NCBI GenBank assembly: GCA_045803545.1
Contig: JBJMOW010000004.1
Span: forward strand, 352,001 to 416,000
Reading direction: 5' to 3'
DNA length: 64,000 nt
DNA from: Gemmatimonadaceae bacterium
Lineage (GTDB): Bacteria; Gemmatimonadota; Gemmatimonadetes; Gemmatimonadales; Gemmatimonadaceae
The notes under the pieces were generated by a model. That model searched no databases and had not been told where the DNA came from. It worked only from the letters and a program-made list of their open reading frames with translations. Both the position numbers and the translations under genes were made by a program. Shown here one piece after another: positions 19,399 to 28,813 of this stretch (position 1 is its first letter; each line of letters begins with the position of its first letter).

Positions 19399-19488
19399 TG
19401 TGGAGAACCTTTTACGGGCAAAAACTTGACTTTGCTAACTCCTTATACCACAACAAGTTACAGGACGATTTATCAACAATGTTGATTA
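19399..19488. promoter_or_regulatory. DnaA-box-like and IHF-like cluster downstream of parB
   Basis: TGTGGAGAA 19399-19407, TTATCAACA 19470-19478, TGTTGATTA 19480-19488; TAACT...CAACAAGTTA 19436-19460. Confidence 0.55.
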
Positions 19489-20373
19489 ATCTGGCACCCG
19501 CATAAGCTCTAGTAAACGCTCAAGGTCGTCAGCGGAGTAGAAATGAATCGTGACTGCTCCTCGGTTGCCGGAAGCGACCTTTACCATAACGTCAGTTTGA
19601 AGATGCCGCCGTAGCCTTTCTTCGACGTGGCGTACCTCAGCTGGCTGACGATCGACTGACCGCGGGCGTCCGGTTTTCTTCCTGGTCGATATCCCAACGC
19701 TCCTCAAGCGGCCCTCGACCTCGCGTACCGTCAAGCCTTCTCTTACGATCTCAGCTGCGAGGGAGATTATCCGCTCTTCGTCGTCGAGCCCCAACAAAAC
19801 CTTGGCGTGTCCCATCGAGAGTTGTCCTTCCTGCAACAAACTTCGGACAGCATCAGGTAGTTGCAGGAGTCGCAGCACGTTCGCGATCGTGGTGCGGTCC
19901 TTGCCTACGGTCTCGGCAATTTGTTGCTGAGTCAGCGAGAACTCTTGGGCAAGCTGGCGATACCCTTCTCCCTCTTCGATCGGATTGAGGTCAGTGCGCT
20001 GAAGGTTTTCGATCAGAGCTAAGGTAAGAAGCGTCCGGTCATCGATTTCCTTTATGATTGCAGGGATTTCTCTCCAGCCGAGCGCTTTTGCAGCACGAAG
20101 GCGTCGCTCGCCGGCTATCAACTCGAAGCCATCTTTTCCTGGGCGTCGACGGACTGTAATTGGCTGAAGCAGGCCACTCGCCTTTAGGCTCTCCTGCAAT
20201 TCCGCCAGATCCTCAGCTTTGAATTCTCGGCGTGGCTGAAACGGGTTCCGGCTGATCTGCCCAACTGGAATTGACTTCAGCGCACCATCGTCGCTGGTTG
20301 CGAGTCCAGTTGCACTACCGAGGAGTGCCTCGAGGCCGCGACCCAAACGGCGCGGGGTTTTTTCAGTGGCCAC
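19486..20373 (-). CDS. parB: chromosome partitioning protein ParB
   Basis: RLGRGLEALLG, NPFQPR, LIAGERRLRA, ENLQR, HTH; GTG start with AAGGAG SD. Confidence 0.97.
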   Translation of the reverse strand: MATEKTPRRLGRGLEALLGSATGLATSDDGALKSIPVGQISRNPFQPRREFKAEDLAELQESLKASGLLQPITVRRRPGKDGFELIAGERRLRAAKALGWREIPAIIKEIDDRTLLTLALIENLQRTDLNPIEEGEGYRQLAQEFSLTQQQIAETVGKDRTTIANVLRLLQLPDAVRSLLQEGQLSMGHAKVLLGLDDEERIISLAAEIVREGLTVREVEGRLRSVGISTRKKTGRPRSVDRQPAEVRHVEERLRRHLQTDVMVKVASGNRGAVTIHFYSADDLERLLELMRVPD

Positions 20374-21151
20374 CGTTCTCTCCTTGCGCAGTCCGTTGGA
20401 TGAGCTCTTTCGCAACGTTCATGTAGGCTTGGGCGCCGACCGAGGTGACGTCATAAATAATGATTGGTTTGCCAAAACTTGGTGCTTCGGCGAGCCGGAC
20501 ATTCCGTGGAACAACGTTCTCAAAAACTTTTGCTCCGAAATATTCTCTCGCATCGTCGGCGACCTGACGAGAGAGATTCAGCCGTGAGTCGTACATCGTG
20601 AGCAGTACACCCTCGATACCCAGCTTTTCGTTCGCGCTGTGCTGGACTCGATGAACGGTGTTGAGAAGCTGAGAGAGACCTTCGAGAGCGTAGTACTCGC
20701 ACTGAAGCGGAATGAGTAGCGTGTCCGCGGCCACCAACATGTTGATAGTGATCAAGCCGAGTGATGGCGGGCAGTCGATGATTACGTATTTATAGTCGTC
20801 GCGAAGTGAATCAACTGCGCTGCGCATGACATGGTCTCGGTCTGCCTTGTCTACGAGCTCGACCTCGGCGGCGGCAAGATCCGGAGTTGCGCCAATAACA
20901 TCGAGCTTCTCGAACTGTACCCCCTCTTGTCGGGACGAGCGCAGATCGGAATTTCCGACCAGGACATCGTAGAGAGTGAGCGGCACCTGTTCCTTCTGGA
21001 GACCCACACCACTCGTAGCATTGCCCTGAGGGTCAGCATCAACGAGGAGGGTGTGTTGCTCGGCTGCTGCGAGACTCGCAGCAAGATTTACTGCAGTTGT
21101 GGTTTTACCTACGCCACCTTTCTGGTTGGCAATCGCGATGATTCGCGCCAC
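20363..21151 (-). CDS. parA: chromosome partitioning ATPase ParA/Soj
   Basis: NQKGGVGKTT deviant Walker A, DADPQGN, IDCPPSLG, RLAEAPSFG. Confidence 0.97.
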   Translation of the reverse strand: MARIIAIANQKGGVGKTTTAVNLAASLAAAEQHTLLVDADPQGNATSGVGLQKEQVPLTLYDVLVGNSDLRSSRQEGVQFEKLDVIGATPDLAAAEVELVDKADRDHVMRSAVDSLRDDYKYVIIDCPPSLGLITINMLVAADTLLIPLQCEYYALEGLSQLLNTVHRVQHSANEKLGIEGVLLTMYDSRLNLSRQVADDAREYFGAKVFENVVPRNVRLAEAPSFGKPIIIYDVTSVGAQAYMNVAKELIQRTAQGENGGH

Positions 21152-21197
21152 GTACTCTGGGGAAGGGTTGACGCAAATCTATTCGGGCGGAGGGTTT

Positions 21198-21236
21198 GTT
21201 TCCACGTGGAATGTCCGATTAGTTCCACGTGGAAAC
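21198..21236. other. two tandem parS-like palindromes
   Basis: GTTTCCACGTGGAATG (21198-21213) and AGTTCCACGTGGAAAC (21221-21236), compared with parS TGTT(T/C)CACGTG(A/G)AACA. Confidence 0.78.
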
Positions 21237-21253
21237 CAGCGACAGTAACCCAG

Positions 21254-21979
21254 TCAGCGGCTGGGTAAGAACCGCCAGCGAGTCATGACATCTACTCCCA
21301 ACGTTTCGTCGCCTGGATTGATAGGGGTATCAGCTTGGGCTACTCCACTGGCGCGCGCCATCATCATCGGCTGAGGTCGAGGTGGACTTGCCGTCAATAC
21401 ATTCACCTCGAGGAGCGGACCAAGCGTCCCACCTGCAGCGTGAGCAGCAGCCTCTGCATCAGCGCGCGCCATTTCGATCGCACTTCCAATCGCCGTCCGG
21501 CGGGCTCCCTGCGTGTTCGATGAATAGAATTGCAAGGAGCTGATCACGTTCGCTCCATGAGAAAGAGCGGCGTCAATGACCTTGCCCACCTGATCAAGGC
21601 GGCGGATATCGGCGACAATGGTGTTGGTCACATTGTAACCTGAGACGATCGGGTCTTTCCCCTGTTCATACCGTTGCTCGGGATAAACCTGGTAGTTGAC
21701 CGTGGAAAGCTGATCGTTGGTGAGACCGAGAGCTTTCAATGCGGACAACACAGCTTGCTGTTTGGTGGCGTTTTGAGCAGCGGCCTCGGATGCAGTCCCA
21801 GCGCGAGTCTGCACAGCTATCTGAATCGTCGCACGATCTGATGCCACCTTTACCTCCCCATGGCCGGTGACAACAATTTGTGCGATTTGAGGGCCTACTG
21901 GCGCCATGTTGTCCTGAGCATGGGTCGTAACTGGCGTAACTAAGACGCCAAATAAGCTGAAAACAGGCATCATTTTCAT
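21254..21979 (-). CDS. SIMPL (DUF541) domain exported protein
   Basis: Signal peptide; VTGHGEV...D.ATI, GYNVTN, IDAAL..GAN. Confidence 0.88.
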   Translation of the reverse strand: MKMMPVFSLFGVLVTPVTTHAQDNMAPVGPQIAQIVVTGHGEVKVASDRATIQIAVQTRAGTASEAAAQNATKQQAVLSALKALGLTNDQLSTVNYQVYPEQRYEQGKDPIVSGYNVTNTIVADIRRLDQVGKVIDAALSHGANVISSLQFYSSNTQGARRTAIGSAIEMARADAEAAAHAAGGTLGPLLEVNVLTASPPRPQPMMMARASGVAQADTPINPGDETLGVDVMTRWRFLPSR

Positions 21980-22046
21980 TTGTTATTACCTGGATGTTGA
22001 AGTTAGCCTTCCTTGGGAGACGTCGCGGAGTTCCTGCTCTGCACAC

Positions 22047-23027
22047 CTACGATAAAAGTGCTGCCTCAATCTCATGGATGCGATCGAGGTTCATTCCGAT
22101 GATTCCCTCGCTTTCGCTGCGCAAGAACATGTTCGCGAATTTCGCACCCCACACGATTTCGTTAGCCTCGTATGAAGAGCGGGAATGCACCGTGGCGGAA
22201 ATCGTTTCGTCGGTTGCAATCAAGAGCACTAACAACTCAGCTTCCGCTGCGACGAGATCTTTTTGAGTGAGCCGCCACATCGGACTGTTCGCATCAATGG
22301 GATGTACTACGGTCCAACTAAGAGGGAAAAACACCACGCGCTGTCGCTCGAGCGGCAGCTCGTAGAATTTCCTTACGGTTGAACCACCAGCCGTCCGCTC
22401 GATCTTCGTTAGAATTGCCTGGATCTGAACATCGATCAATTGGCTGCTGCGCGCGTTGGCGATGCGGAATTCAAGAGCGGCCCCGCCACGATATGGTGCG
22501 ACCACTGCGTTCTGGCTGTAGATGATCCTTGCCGAAGGCCGTGAGAATCGAGCGAAGATCACACCGGTAACGAGTGCTACGCTTACGATACTCAACAACG
22601 CTTCAGTCGAAACCAGCGTGTTCGCTAAAACACCTACCGGATAGATGTTTCCGTATCCGATCGTGGCGAAGGTGTCGACACTGAAGAAAAACGCGCGATA
22701 GAAGGGCTCGTTTGCGAACTGGCCCGTCGATGTCTGTAACGCGCCCGGACCACAGAGCAGGAACGCCCCCGCGAATAACGCATTCACGCCAACGAAGTAC
22801 ACGCAAATGAAGAGCAGAAACTGGGGCCAGGAGACTCTCAGCAACCATTGATAGAGCCCGAGCGATGAAAGTGGATTCAAGCCTTCGCGCGCCACATTGA
22901 AGGTGCCATCGCGATTGAGCAACCGTCGCCTCGTACCCCGTGCGACTTCAGTTCCGAAACCGAGGTCTTTGAATTCGTCCCTGGGTTCGGTGGACGGAGA
23001 AGGCTGTGCGTCTAGTGTTGTCGACAT
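22047..23027 (-). CDS. inward-rectifier potassium channel (KirBac-like)
   Basis: FFFSVDTFATIGYG selectivity filter, FARFSRP, FRIANAR, WTVVHPID. Confidence 0.92.
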   Translation of the reverse strand: MSTTLDAQPSPSTEPRDEFKDLGFGTEVARGTRRRLLNRDGTFNVAREGLNPLSSLGLYQWLLRVSWPQFLLFICVYFVGVNALFAGAFLLCGPGALQTSTGQFANEPFYRAFFFSVDTFATIGYGNIYPVGVLANTLVSTEALLSIVSVALVTGVIFARFSRPSARIIYSQNAVVAPYRGGAALEFRIANARSSQLIDVQIQAILTKIERTAGGSTVRKFYELPLERQRVVFFPLSWTVVHPIDANSPMWRLTQKDLVAAEAELLVLLIATDETISATVHSRSSYEANEIVWGAKFANMFLRSESEGIIGMNLDRIHEIEAALLS

Positions 23028-23105
23028 GCGAGCGAAGCGCGAGACCAACCGGGGGAAGTTGCAAACATAATGGCCACGAATTTTGGCTAAAGCTACATTC
23101 GTTCG

Positions 23106-24005
23106 ATGGAATCCACGGACAAATCGGTTGGCCGCGCGGTTCTGCTGATCGTGATTTCTGCGCTGAGTTTTGGATCGATCTCAGTGCTAACCGTACTCAT
23201 AACGCGGGAGCACCTGCCGCTGATCACGGCGATGGCGTGGCGTTATTTCCTTGCCGGCGTCATCCTCGGCTTGCTTATCCGCCCCTTTAGATCCCGCGTA
23301 ATTAACCCCCGTCAGATTCTGCAGCTAATGCTGATTGGCGGATGCGGGCAGGCACTGATTACATATCTGAGTCTACACGCACTCGAATACATCTCCGTCG
23401 GACCACTCGCGTTCCTCTTCTATACGTATCCGGCGTGGGTTGCCTTGCTGGCAGCAGCGCGTAGAACAGAGCGACTCACAGCTTTACGAATTGGAGCGCT
23501 GACACTTGCGCTGATCGGCGTCACGATCATGGTGGGTGCACCAAAGGAAAAACTGAACATCATCGGGGTCGCGCTCGCGGTGTCGTCTGCGATTCTGTAC
23601 TCGCTGTATCTGCCGGCGCTCGAGCAACTCCAGCGCGGAATTCCAGCGCTCCTTGCCACTTTCTATCTCATCGCAGGTTCTGCGATCGCATTCGTTCTCG
23701 CTGCGCTGATCAGAAGCGAGCTTCACGTTCCCCGCAACGCGGCTGTGTGGGTGAATATTTTCACACTGGCCTTTGTATCGACTGTAATCGCGTTCTCAAC
23801 GCTGATAAAAGGAGTCTCGATCCTCGGTCCAGTCCGGACGTCCATTATCGCCACCGTCGAGCCGTTCTTTACTGCAATACTGGGAATGATTGTGCTGAGT
23901 AGTGAGTTTACCGTGTCAACGCTCCTTGGCGGAGCGCTGATTGGTGCGGCGATACTTGTCATAGAGCTCAGCGCGGGTCGCGAGGAAGTACAGGCTACGG
24001 TGTAG
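23106..24005 (+). CDS. EamA/DMT-family transporter
   Basis: Ten TMs in two repeats; FYTYP, ATVEP. Confidence 0.9.
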   Translation: MESTDKSVGRAVLLIVISALSFGSISVLTVLITREHLPLITAMAWRYFLAGVILGLLIRPFRSRVINPRQILQLMLIGGCGQALITYLSLHALEYISVGPLAFLFYTYPAWVALLAAARRTERLTALRIGALTLALIGVTIMVGAPKEKLNIIGVALAVSSAILYSLYLPALEQLQRGIPALLATFYLIAGSAIAFVLAALIRSELHVPRNAAVWVNIFTLAFVSTVIAFSTLIKGVSILGPVRTSIIATVEPFFTAILGMIVLSSEFTVSTLLGGALIGAAILVIELSAGREEVQATV

Positions 24006-25920
24006 TAGCCATTCTCCTGCGCCGTTCAACCTCGATGACGAGGTTTTGCAGATCACTTGGGCTTACACCGGGGATGCGTGATGCTTGGGCGAGAGATTGT
24101 GGCTTGACCCTCGCGAGCTTCTGACGAGCCTCGAGGGACAGCGATCTCATGTCCTCATATTCGAGGTTAGCAGCAAGCGCAAAATCACCCATGCGCCGCA
24201 TTCGATCAGCTTGTGCGCGCTCTCGCTCGAAGTAACCTGCGTACTTGATCTCCAGATCCGCGGTTACGAGTGCTTCCCGACTGAGAGTCTGGCCAACACC
24301 GACGGCTTCGAATAGAGCGTGCAGAGAAGCCTCCTGACGTCTTGCTACTTCGACGATTTTGATGCGATGCTGCAGCGGCGTGCTCCCTGCCAGCGAGAGA
24401 ACCGGGGCCGCTTCCTCGGGTCGAATACTGGTCGTCTCAGCGAGATGCAATGCTTCTTCTTCGCCGGCCAGACGATGCGCAATCACCTCTCGCTCAGGAT
24501 TTGTGTAGACACCGAGTTCGTTGCCAATCGAGCCCAATCGTCGGAGAGCATTATCCTGGCGTACAGTTAGCCGAAACTCGGAGCGCGAGGTGAATAAGCG
24601 GTAGGGTTCATCGACCCCACGTGTGACGAGATCGTCGATCAAGACACCGATGTAGGAGGTTTCTCGTCCGAGTACCACCGGCGAACGACTCTGTGTCCGA
24701 AGAGCTGCATTCAATCCGGCGACCAGCCCCTGCCCCGCTGCTTCCTCATAGCCAGTGGTGCCATTAATCTGGCCGGCGAAATAAAGGCCGGCGATCGTCT
24801 TCACCTGCAGAGAGGAATCGAGCTGAGTGGGCGGGTAATAGTCGTACTCGATTGCGTAACCGGCGCGATTCATTCGAACGTCGGAAAGGCCGCGCACCGA
24901 ACGAAGAATCTCGAGCTGTACTGGTGCTGGAAGCGACGTCGACAAACCGTTCACGTAGAGCTCGCCCGTGTCGTGTCCTTCCGGCTCGAGGAAAAGCTGA
25001 TGTCGTTCGGCCGCCGGAAACTTCACAATCTTGTCCTCAACGGATGGGCAGTAGCGCGGCCCCTGTGAAGAGATCGCGCCGCCGTACATCGCTGATTTTC
25101 CGATGTTGTCACTGATGATTTGCTTCCCCCGTTCTTCGAGGAAGGTGATCCAGCATGGTAACTGGGCCGGGTGGCGAATCGAATCTCCCAGTCGGCGAGT
25201 GCGAGGCCAGAAGTGTGACCAGGAGTAGTCAAACTGCTCAATCTCGCTCTCCTGGATCTCCAGCTGACTGAAATCAACCGAACGACCGTCGATGCGCGGA
25301 GGTGTTCCCGTCTTGAAACGCGCGACGGTCAAGCCAGCGCTCTCGAGTTGCTCCGCAAGGTGTGTCGTCGCGGACTCGCCCGCTCTGCCGCCTGAAATCC
25401 GCGTATCTGTTCCGATATGAATGCGGCCGTGCAGGAACGTTCCCGTAGTAATCACCACGCTGCGGGCACCGAACCTTCGTCCTTCGAGGGTCTCGACTCC
25501 TGCGAGCTGATCTCCGTTGAAGATCAATCGTGCCACTGTGCCTTGAATCGTTTGAAGATTGGATTGCTGTTCGATGAGCGAGCGCACAGAGCGCCGGTAT
25601 AATCCGCGATCACACTGAGCTCTCGGCGCCCAGACTGCAGGCCCCTTGCTGCGATTGAGCATTCGGAACTGGATCATCGCGAGATCGGTTGCCTTGCCCA
25701 TGACTCCGCCCAGTGCGTCGACCTCGCGGACGACAGTACCCTTCGCGACGCCGCCAATCGCTGGATTGCACGACATCTGGCCGATGGTCTCGAGTGCGCT
25801 CGTGATCAGCCCGACTCCGACCCCAACTCGAGCTGCGGCAACAGCCGCTTCGGTTCCGGCGTGACCGGCACCGATGACTATTACGTCGAACTGGCTCTCA
25901 AAGCTCGGAAGTGCAACCAT
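23995..25920 (-). CDS. mnmG: tRNA uridine 5-carboxymethylaminomethyl modification enzyme MnmG (GidA)
   Basis: GAGHAG, MSCNPAIGG, GPRYCPS.EDK, AGQINGTTGYEEA. Confidence 0.98.
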   Translation of the reverse strand: MVALPSFESQFDVIVIGAGHAGTEAAVAAARVGVGVGLITSALETIGQMSCNPAIGGVAKGTVVREVDALGGVMGKATDLAMIQFRMLNRSKGPAVWAPRAQCDRGLYRRSVRSLIEQQSNLQTIQGTVARLIFNGDQLAGVETLEGRRFGARSVVITTGTFLHGRIHIGTDTRISGGRAGESATTHLAEQLESAGLTVARFKTGTPPRIDGRSVDFSQLEIQESEIEQFDYSWSHFWPRTRRLGDSIRHPAQLPCWITFLEERGKQIISDNIGKSAMYGGAISSQGPRYCPSVEDKIVKFPAAERHQLFLEPEGHDTGELYVNGLSTSLPAPVQLEILRSVRGLSDVRMNRAGYAIEYDYYPPTQLDSSLQVKTIAGLYFAGQINGTTGYEEAAGQGLVAGLNAALRTQSRSPVVLGRETSYIGVLIDDLVTRGVDEPYRLFTSRSEFRLTVRQDNALRRLGSIGNELGVYTNPEREVIAHRLAGEEEALHLAETTSIRPEEAAPVLSLAGSTPLQHRIKIVEVARRQEASLHALFEAVGVGQTLSREALVTADLEIKYAGYFERERAQADRMRRMGDFALAANLEYEDMRSLSLEARQKLARVKPQSLAQASRIPGVSPSDLQNLVIEVERRRRMATTP

Positions 25921-25989
25921 AGATTAAAGATACGCATATGCGAGACGCATCCTGGAATCGAACCTCGGCGCTCTAAAGCTCTCCAAACC

Positions 25990-26289
25990 ATGCCAATCCA
26001 ACTAGCGCACACTCAAGGAACGGTTCTGATCCGCCGTAGCGCATTCGAGCGAGCAAACCTCACGCGATCAGCAGTCGACGAGCGATACAATCTTACCGAC
26101 GAAGAGTTTCAGGTCGAAGGTGATCTTATCGTGATTGGCCCTCTGCCGTCAGACGACCTGATTCCCGAAATGATCGAGGATCTCGAACGAAGTGGCCTGA
26201 CGTATTTCGATGATTTTTTCGATCTGAGCGGAAACTGGCCGGACTGGCTGGCTATTTACGCTCGCGCTCGAGAGGGGAAGCAGCTTTAG
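25990..26289 (+). CDS. small acidic hypothetical protein (99 aa)
   Basis: Fills the gap between mnmG and the NfeD-like gene; starts MPIQLAHTQG. Confidence 0.7.
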   Translation: MPIQLAHTQGTVLIRRSAFERANLTRSAVDERYNLTDEEFQVEGDLIVIGPLPSDDLIPEMIEDLERSGLTYFDDFFDLSGNWPDWLAIYARAREGKQL

Positions 26290-26816
26290 AGTCGCTGCTC
26301 CACGATTGCCCACTCTTCGACCATCGCGACGCCGTTCTCTATCCGGTCAATCACTACTTCCGATCCGACCGAGAGCCGATTGCCGCTGATTGCCTTAGCA
26401 GCGACCCTCACTTGCTTACCAAATACCTCGTACCTGATCTCACCCGAGCCACCTGACTGGATATCTCGCGTGACGATCGCAAGCTGACCTTGGATCTCGT
26501 GATCGTCGCTTGGGGCAGTCGTATCGCGTAACGCCCACGTCGCCAACAGTGTGACCATACCCGCGACTGCCAACGAGCCGGCAATCGCTGCTATTACCAG
26601 TGTCACCCAGCTTGCCAGACTGGTCCGGGTAGCGAGCAAGTATCCGACGACACCAAAGCCGAAACCAAAGGCTGCGTATGACGGGAGATTGAAGAAAGGC
26701 GAAGGAGCGTGGGCGCTTTTTGGGCGTGTGTACTCGACGCCGTGCAACATCGCTATCACCGCCAGCACCAGACTGGCGATGAATGCGATGAGAAAGAGGA
26801 TCGAAAGTGCTGTCAA
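26286..26816 (-). CDS. NfeD-like membrane protein (C-terminal OB fold)
   Basis: Three TMs, then GQLAIV..I...GSGEI...GSEVVIDRI. Confidence 0.75.
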   Translation of the reverse strand: MTALSILFLIAFIASLVLAVIAMLHGVEYTRPKSAHAPSPFFNLPSYAAFGFGFGVVGYLLATRTSLASWVTLVIAAIAGSLAVAGMVTLLATWALRDTTAPSDDHEIQGQLAIVTRDIQSGGSGEIRYEVFGKQVRVAAKAISGNRLSVGSEVVIDRIENGVAMVEEWAIVEQRL

Positions 26817-26849
26817 GCTCGACGAACGATTGGACGGTTAGCGGCGGCG

Positions 26850-27743
26850 CTATGACGCGAGGTACTTCCGGAACCACGCGATGGTTGCAGGCCATGCTGC
26901 CTTGGTAGCGTTCATGTTCGCGCCGTCCATTCCAGTCTGCTGTCTGAGAAACCCGTGACCAGCCCCCGGGTAGGTATTGTAGACATACGTGCGTCCCAAC
27001 GCCCGCAACGCTGAGTCTGCTGCCGGCACCGTCGCGTCGACGCGTGCGTCGCTTCCCGCGTACAATCCGAGTACTGGAGCCCGGACTGAGTTGAGAGCAG
27101 AGGTGGCTGGCGACACCCCGTAATAGACAACAGCCGCACCGAGATTCGGGGCGTGTACCGCATGGGCGAACGAGACACCACCGCCCCAGCAGAATCCGAC
27201 AATACCGTACTTCTGTTGGGCAGCGGGCAGTGACATTCCGTATGTGGCGACGGCATCGAGCTGCTGCTGGACCCAGTTCGGGTCGAGCGTCCTGATTGCC
27301 GCGGTAGCGAGAGGCGCAAGCACACTGTCCGGTCCGGAAGGGAGATTCTTCATCGTCAGGAGATCGAGTGCGATCGCAATGAAACCATCCGCAGCCAACT
27401 GATCGGCGACGCTTCTCACCCAGGAGGAGAGTCCAAATATCTCGTGCACGACCAATACAACCGGTGCCTTCGTGCTTCTCTCAGGATAAACAACCCATGC
27501 GCGAATGCTGTCGCCGGTTGGAGTGTGGATCATCGCCCATTCTCCGTGTCTGGGAGATGCACTCAGTCTCGCCGGCGCACCGGCGGCGTCAGGTGGCAAC
27601 GCGGAAGATTGCGTAGCAGGCGTCGAGACACTGGCGGAGTGATCGTGCGTGTCGGCGACAGCCGGAACGACCTTGGTAGTTGTGCACGCCGCTCCTGCAA
27701 TGCTGATAAGTAAGGCGACTGCGGACGTGATGTGATTGCGCAT
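26850..27743 (-). CDS. dienelactone hydrolase family lipoprotein
   Basis: HEIFGL, GFCWGG nucleophile, AGHGF; lipobox GAAC. Confidence 0.92.
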   Translation of the reverse strand: MRNHITSAVALLISIAGAACTTTKVVPAVADTHDHSASVSTPATQSSALPPDAAGAPARLSASPRHGEWAMIHTPTGDSIRAWVVYPERSTKAPVVLVVHEIFGLSSWVRSVADQLAADGFIAIALDLLTMKNLPSGPDSVLAPLATAAIRTLDPNWVQQQLDAVATYGMSLPAAQQKYGIVGFCWGGGVSFAHAVHAPNLGAAVVYYGVSPATSALNSVRAPVLGLYAGSDARVDATVPAADSALRALGRTYVYNTYPGAGHGFLRQQTGMDGANMNATKAAWPATIAWFRKYLAS

Positions 27744-27744
27744 G

Positions 27745-28767
27745 TCAGCGACTCCTCTGAACAGCAGCTGCCTGCTGATGTGAAGGTTCAGCAAATGCAT
27801 TTGCAAAGAACTCTCCTACGCGATACTCCGCATAATAAAATGGACGCCATGGTCGCGAGCCAGCGACAAATCCGGCGTGTCCGCCTTTTGCCGGAAACTC
27901 AAGATCGAGCGCTGCATTGTGCTCGGCGATCTTTTTGACTTCGGTCAGTACTGCCGCTGGGAGCATTGGATCGTCAACCGCGCTTAAAAGTAACGTTTTG
28001 AGCCTAATTCGACTTAGATATGAGATCGAGCTCGACTTCTCGTAGTAGTCCTGCGCGTTCTCGAATCCGTGAAGTGGCCCAGTAATCAAATCATCGAAAC
28101 CTTCGAGAGTACGTAGGCTATGAATCCGCTCCAGTGGTGCCAGGTCGGGGTAACGGACGGCCTTCTCCAGCGCTTTGCGACGGAGAGAGTCCAGAAAAAA
28201 GCGTTGGTAGACGCGCGAAAACCCGCGATTGATCCGTGTTGAAGATCTGGAAAGGTCGAACGGAACTGATACTGCGGCTGCGGCCTTTAGCTGTGGTGGT
28301 AACCGGTCTCCCCGTTCGCCAAGAAACTTCAGCAGTACATTGCCGCCAAGTGAGACGCCGGCGATGGCGAGGGGCGTGCCTGGGTAGGTAGCGGTGATCC
28401 TTTCCAAAACGAATGTGAGATCCTCGGTCTCGCCGGAGTGATAGAAGCGCCGGGCCTTGTTGGGCTCGGAACCGCATGACCGGAAAATCAACAGATCAGC
28501 GCCCCAACCGCGGCGGACAGCTTCGTTCAACAAGCCTCGGGCATAGTGGGATCGGATGGTTCCCTCGAGGCCATGCAGCAGCAGCACGCGCGGAGTCTGC
28601 GGACTGCTGTCAACACGGTGGATTTCCAGGAAATCGCCGTCGGGAGTGTCCCAGCGCTCGATGCGGGTCGGGGCTTGCGGCTGCCGCCGGAAGAACTTTC
28701 CCCACAGTGTTTGCAGATGACCACCGGGAATCCACCACGCGGGCGAATAGATTATGTCAGCGCTCAT
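27745..28767 (-). CDS. YheT-like alpha/beta hydrolase
   Basis: GGHLQTLW, LLHGLEG, GVSLGGN, DDP, GGHAGF. Confidence 0.9.
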   Translation of the reverse strand: MSADIIYSPAWWIPGGHLQTLWGKFFRRQPQAPTRIERWDTPDGDFLEIHRVDSSPQTPRVLLLHGLEGTIRSHYARGLLNEAVRRGWGADLLIFRSCGSEPNKARRFYHSGETEDLTFVLERITATYPGTPLAIAGVSLGGNVLLKFLGERGDRLPPQLKAAAAVSVPFDLSRSSTRINRGFSRVYQRFFLDSLRRKALEKAVRYPDLAPLERIHSLRTLEGFDDLITGPLHGFENAQDYYEKSSSISYLSRIRLKTLLLSAVDDPMLPAAVLTEVKKIAEHNAALDLEFPAKGGHAGFVAGSRPWRPFYYAEYRVGEFFANAFAEPSHQQAAAVQRSR

Positions 28768-28813
28768 TTAGGAATTGTTCGGGTCCCGCCTCGTTTCGAG
28801 CAACGCAATAAAA

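Noticed and set aside
25945..25975. GGTTCGATTCC tRNA T-loop-like sequence on the minus strand
   Set aside because: The T-stem pairs poorly, there are no D, anticodon or acceptor arms, and no integrase is nearby.
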